This document shows, piece by piece, positions 17,337 to 17,739 of a stretch of DNA of 17,739 nucleotides. The DNA lies in the NCBI GenBank assembly GCA_049700215.1, contig JBNAVT010000033.1, positions 1 to 17,739 of the forward strand, given 5' to 3'. Below the pieces are notes generated by a model. That model had not been told where the DNA came from. It searched no databases and was given only the letters and a program-made list of their open reading frames with translations. Each line of letters opens with the position of its first letter. Position 1 is the first letter of the stretch. The DNA comes from Thermoproteota archaeon (GTDB lineage Archaea > Thermoproteota > EX4484-205 > JAAOZP01). Both the position numbers and the translations under genes were made by a program.

Positions 17337-17739
17337 ATGATTATGGAGGTTCGGGAAAGGGTTTACAATGTTCTTAAAGGAAGCTTGCCTGACAGGATAC
17401 CCTGGCTCATATACTCCAGCCACCTGCCTCGAGGAAGCTTCGAGCGCAGGATGAGAGACATTGGGCTTGGGATCGAGGAGAGATGCAGCATATACAGGGC
17501 GTCCATGCCGAACGTCAGGATAGAGAGTAGAAACGTTGGAGACTATGTTTACACTATTTACCGTACTCCGGTTGGCGAGCTGAATACTGTGATGCGGATT
17601 GGAATGCGGTTTCAGTTCCCAGGAGGCTCCTGGACTGTTGAACACCCGGTGAAAAACGTTGACGACATCAAGGCTCTGAGGTTCATGATAGAGGACACCG
17701 TATACGAGCCGGATTATGAAAACTATGTCAGGGTTAAAG
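17337..17739 (+). CDS. Uroporphyrinogen decarboxylase (URO-D)/MtaA-CmuA-like family protein, 5' part (runs off the window)
   Basis: Translated by hand because it is not in the ORF track: MIMEVRERVYNVLKGSLPDRIPW...YRTPVGEL...EHPVKNVDDIKAL. RER..(L)G..PDR.P, TP.G.L and E.PVK..D are characteristic of this family. Open to the window end. Confidence 0.72.
   Translation, partial: MIMEVRERVYNVLKGSLPDRIPWLIYSSHLPRGSFERRMRDIGLGIEERCSIYRASMPNVRIESRNVGDYVYTIYRTPVGELNTVMRIGMRFQFPGGSWTVEHPVKNVDDIKALRFMIEDTVYEPDYENYVRVK

Noticed and set aside
577-17645. Many short alternative-frame or antisense ORFs in the track (e.g. 577-837, 1641-1940, 6539-6949, 9406-9879, 15755-16144, 17268-17645)
   Set aside because: They are shadows of well-supported genes, with no recognisable motifs.
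1-17739. tRNA, rRNA, CRISPR array, transposase or integrase
   Set aside because: None was recognisable by eye; a covariance-model search was not possible.

Overview
Archaeal-type DNA: AGR-rich Arg codons and TATA boxes about 25-30 nt upstream of apparently leaderless starts. The gene content resembles an anaerobic heterotrophic Thermoproteota-type lineage, but the taxon cannot be determined from this window. Content in order: a damaged AbrB-type antitoxin plus VapC PIN toxin, a tldD-pmbA protease pair, three consecutive damaged genes (malic enzyme, DUF488, PhnP-like metallo-beta-lactamase), a transglutaminase-like protein, a CBM9-like protein, a small membrane Zn-ribbon protein, a membrane-anchored alpha/beta hydrolase, an NAD-dependent epimerase, an intact glycerol operon (glpK, GlpA-like dehydrogenase, FAD oxidoreductase, DUF1667), a six-hairpin glycosidase-like gene and a partial URO-D/MtaA-family gene. 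The most unusual signal is five perfect alternating (GC)n tracts of 9-19 bp (693, 4802, 5577, 8490, 10194). Each is flanked at one end by (T/A)AG-CGCGCG. At least two, and probably four, sit exactly where coding sequence appears to have been deleted. They may be scars of an undescribed end-joining, DNA-synthesis or excision process, but an assembly artefact must be excluded first.
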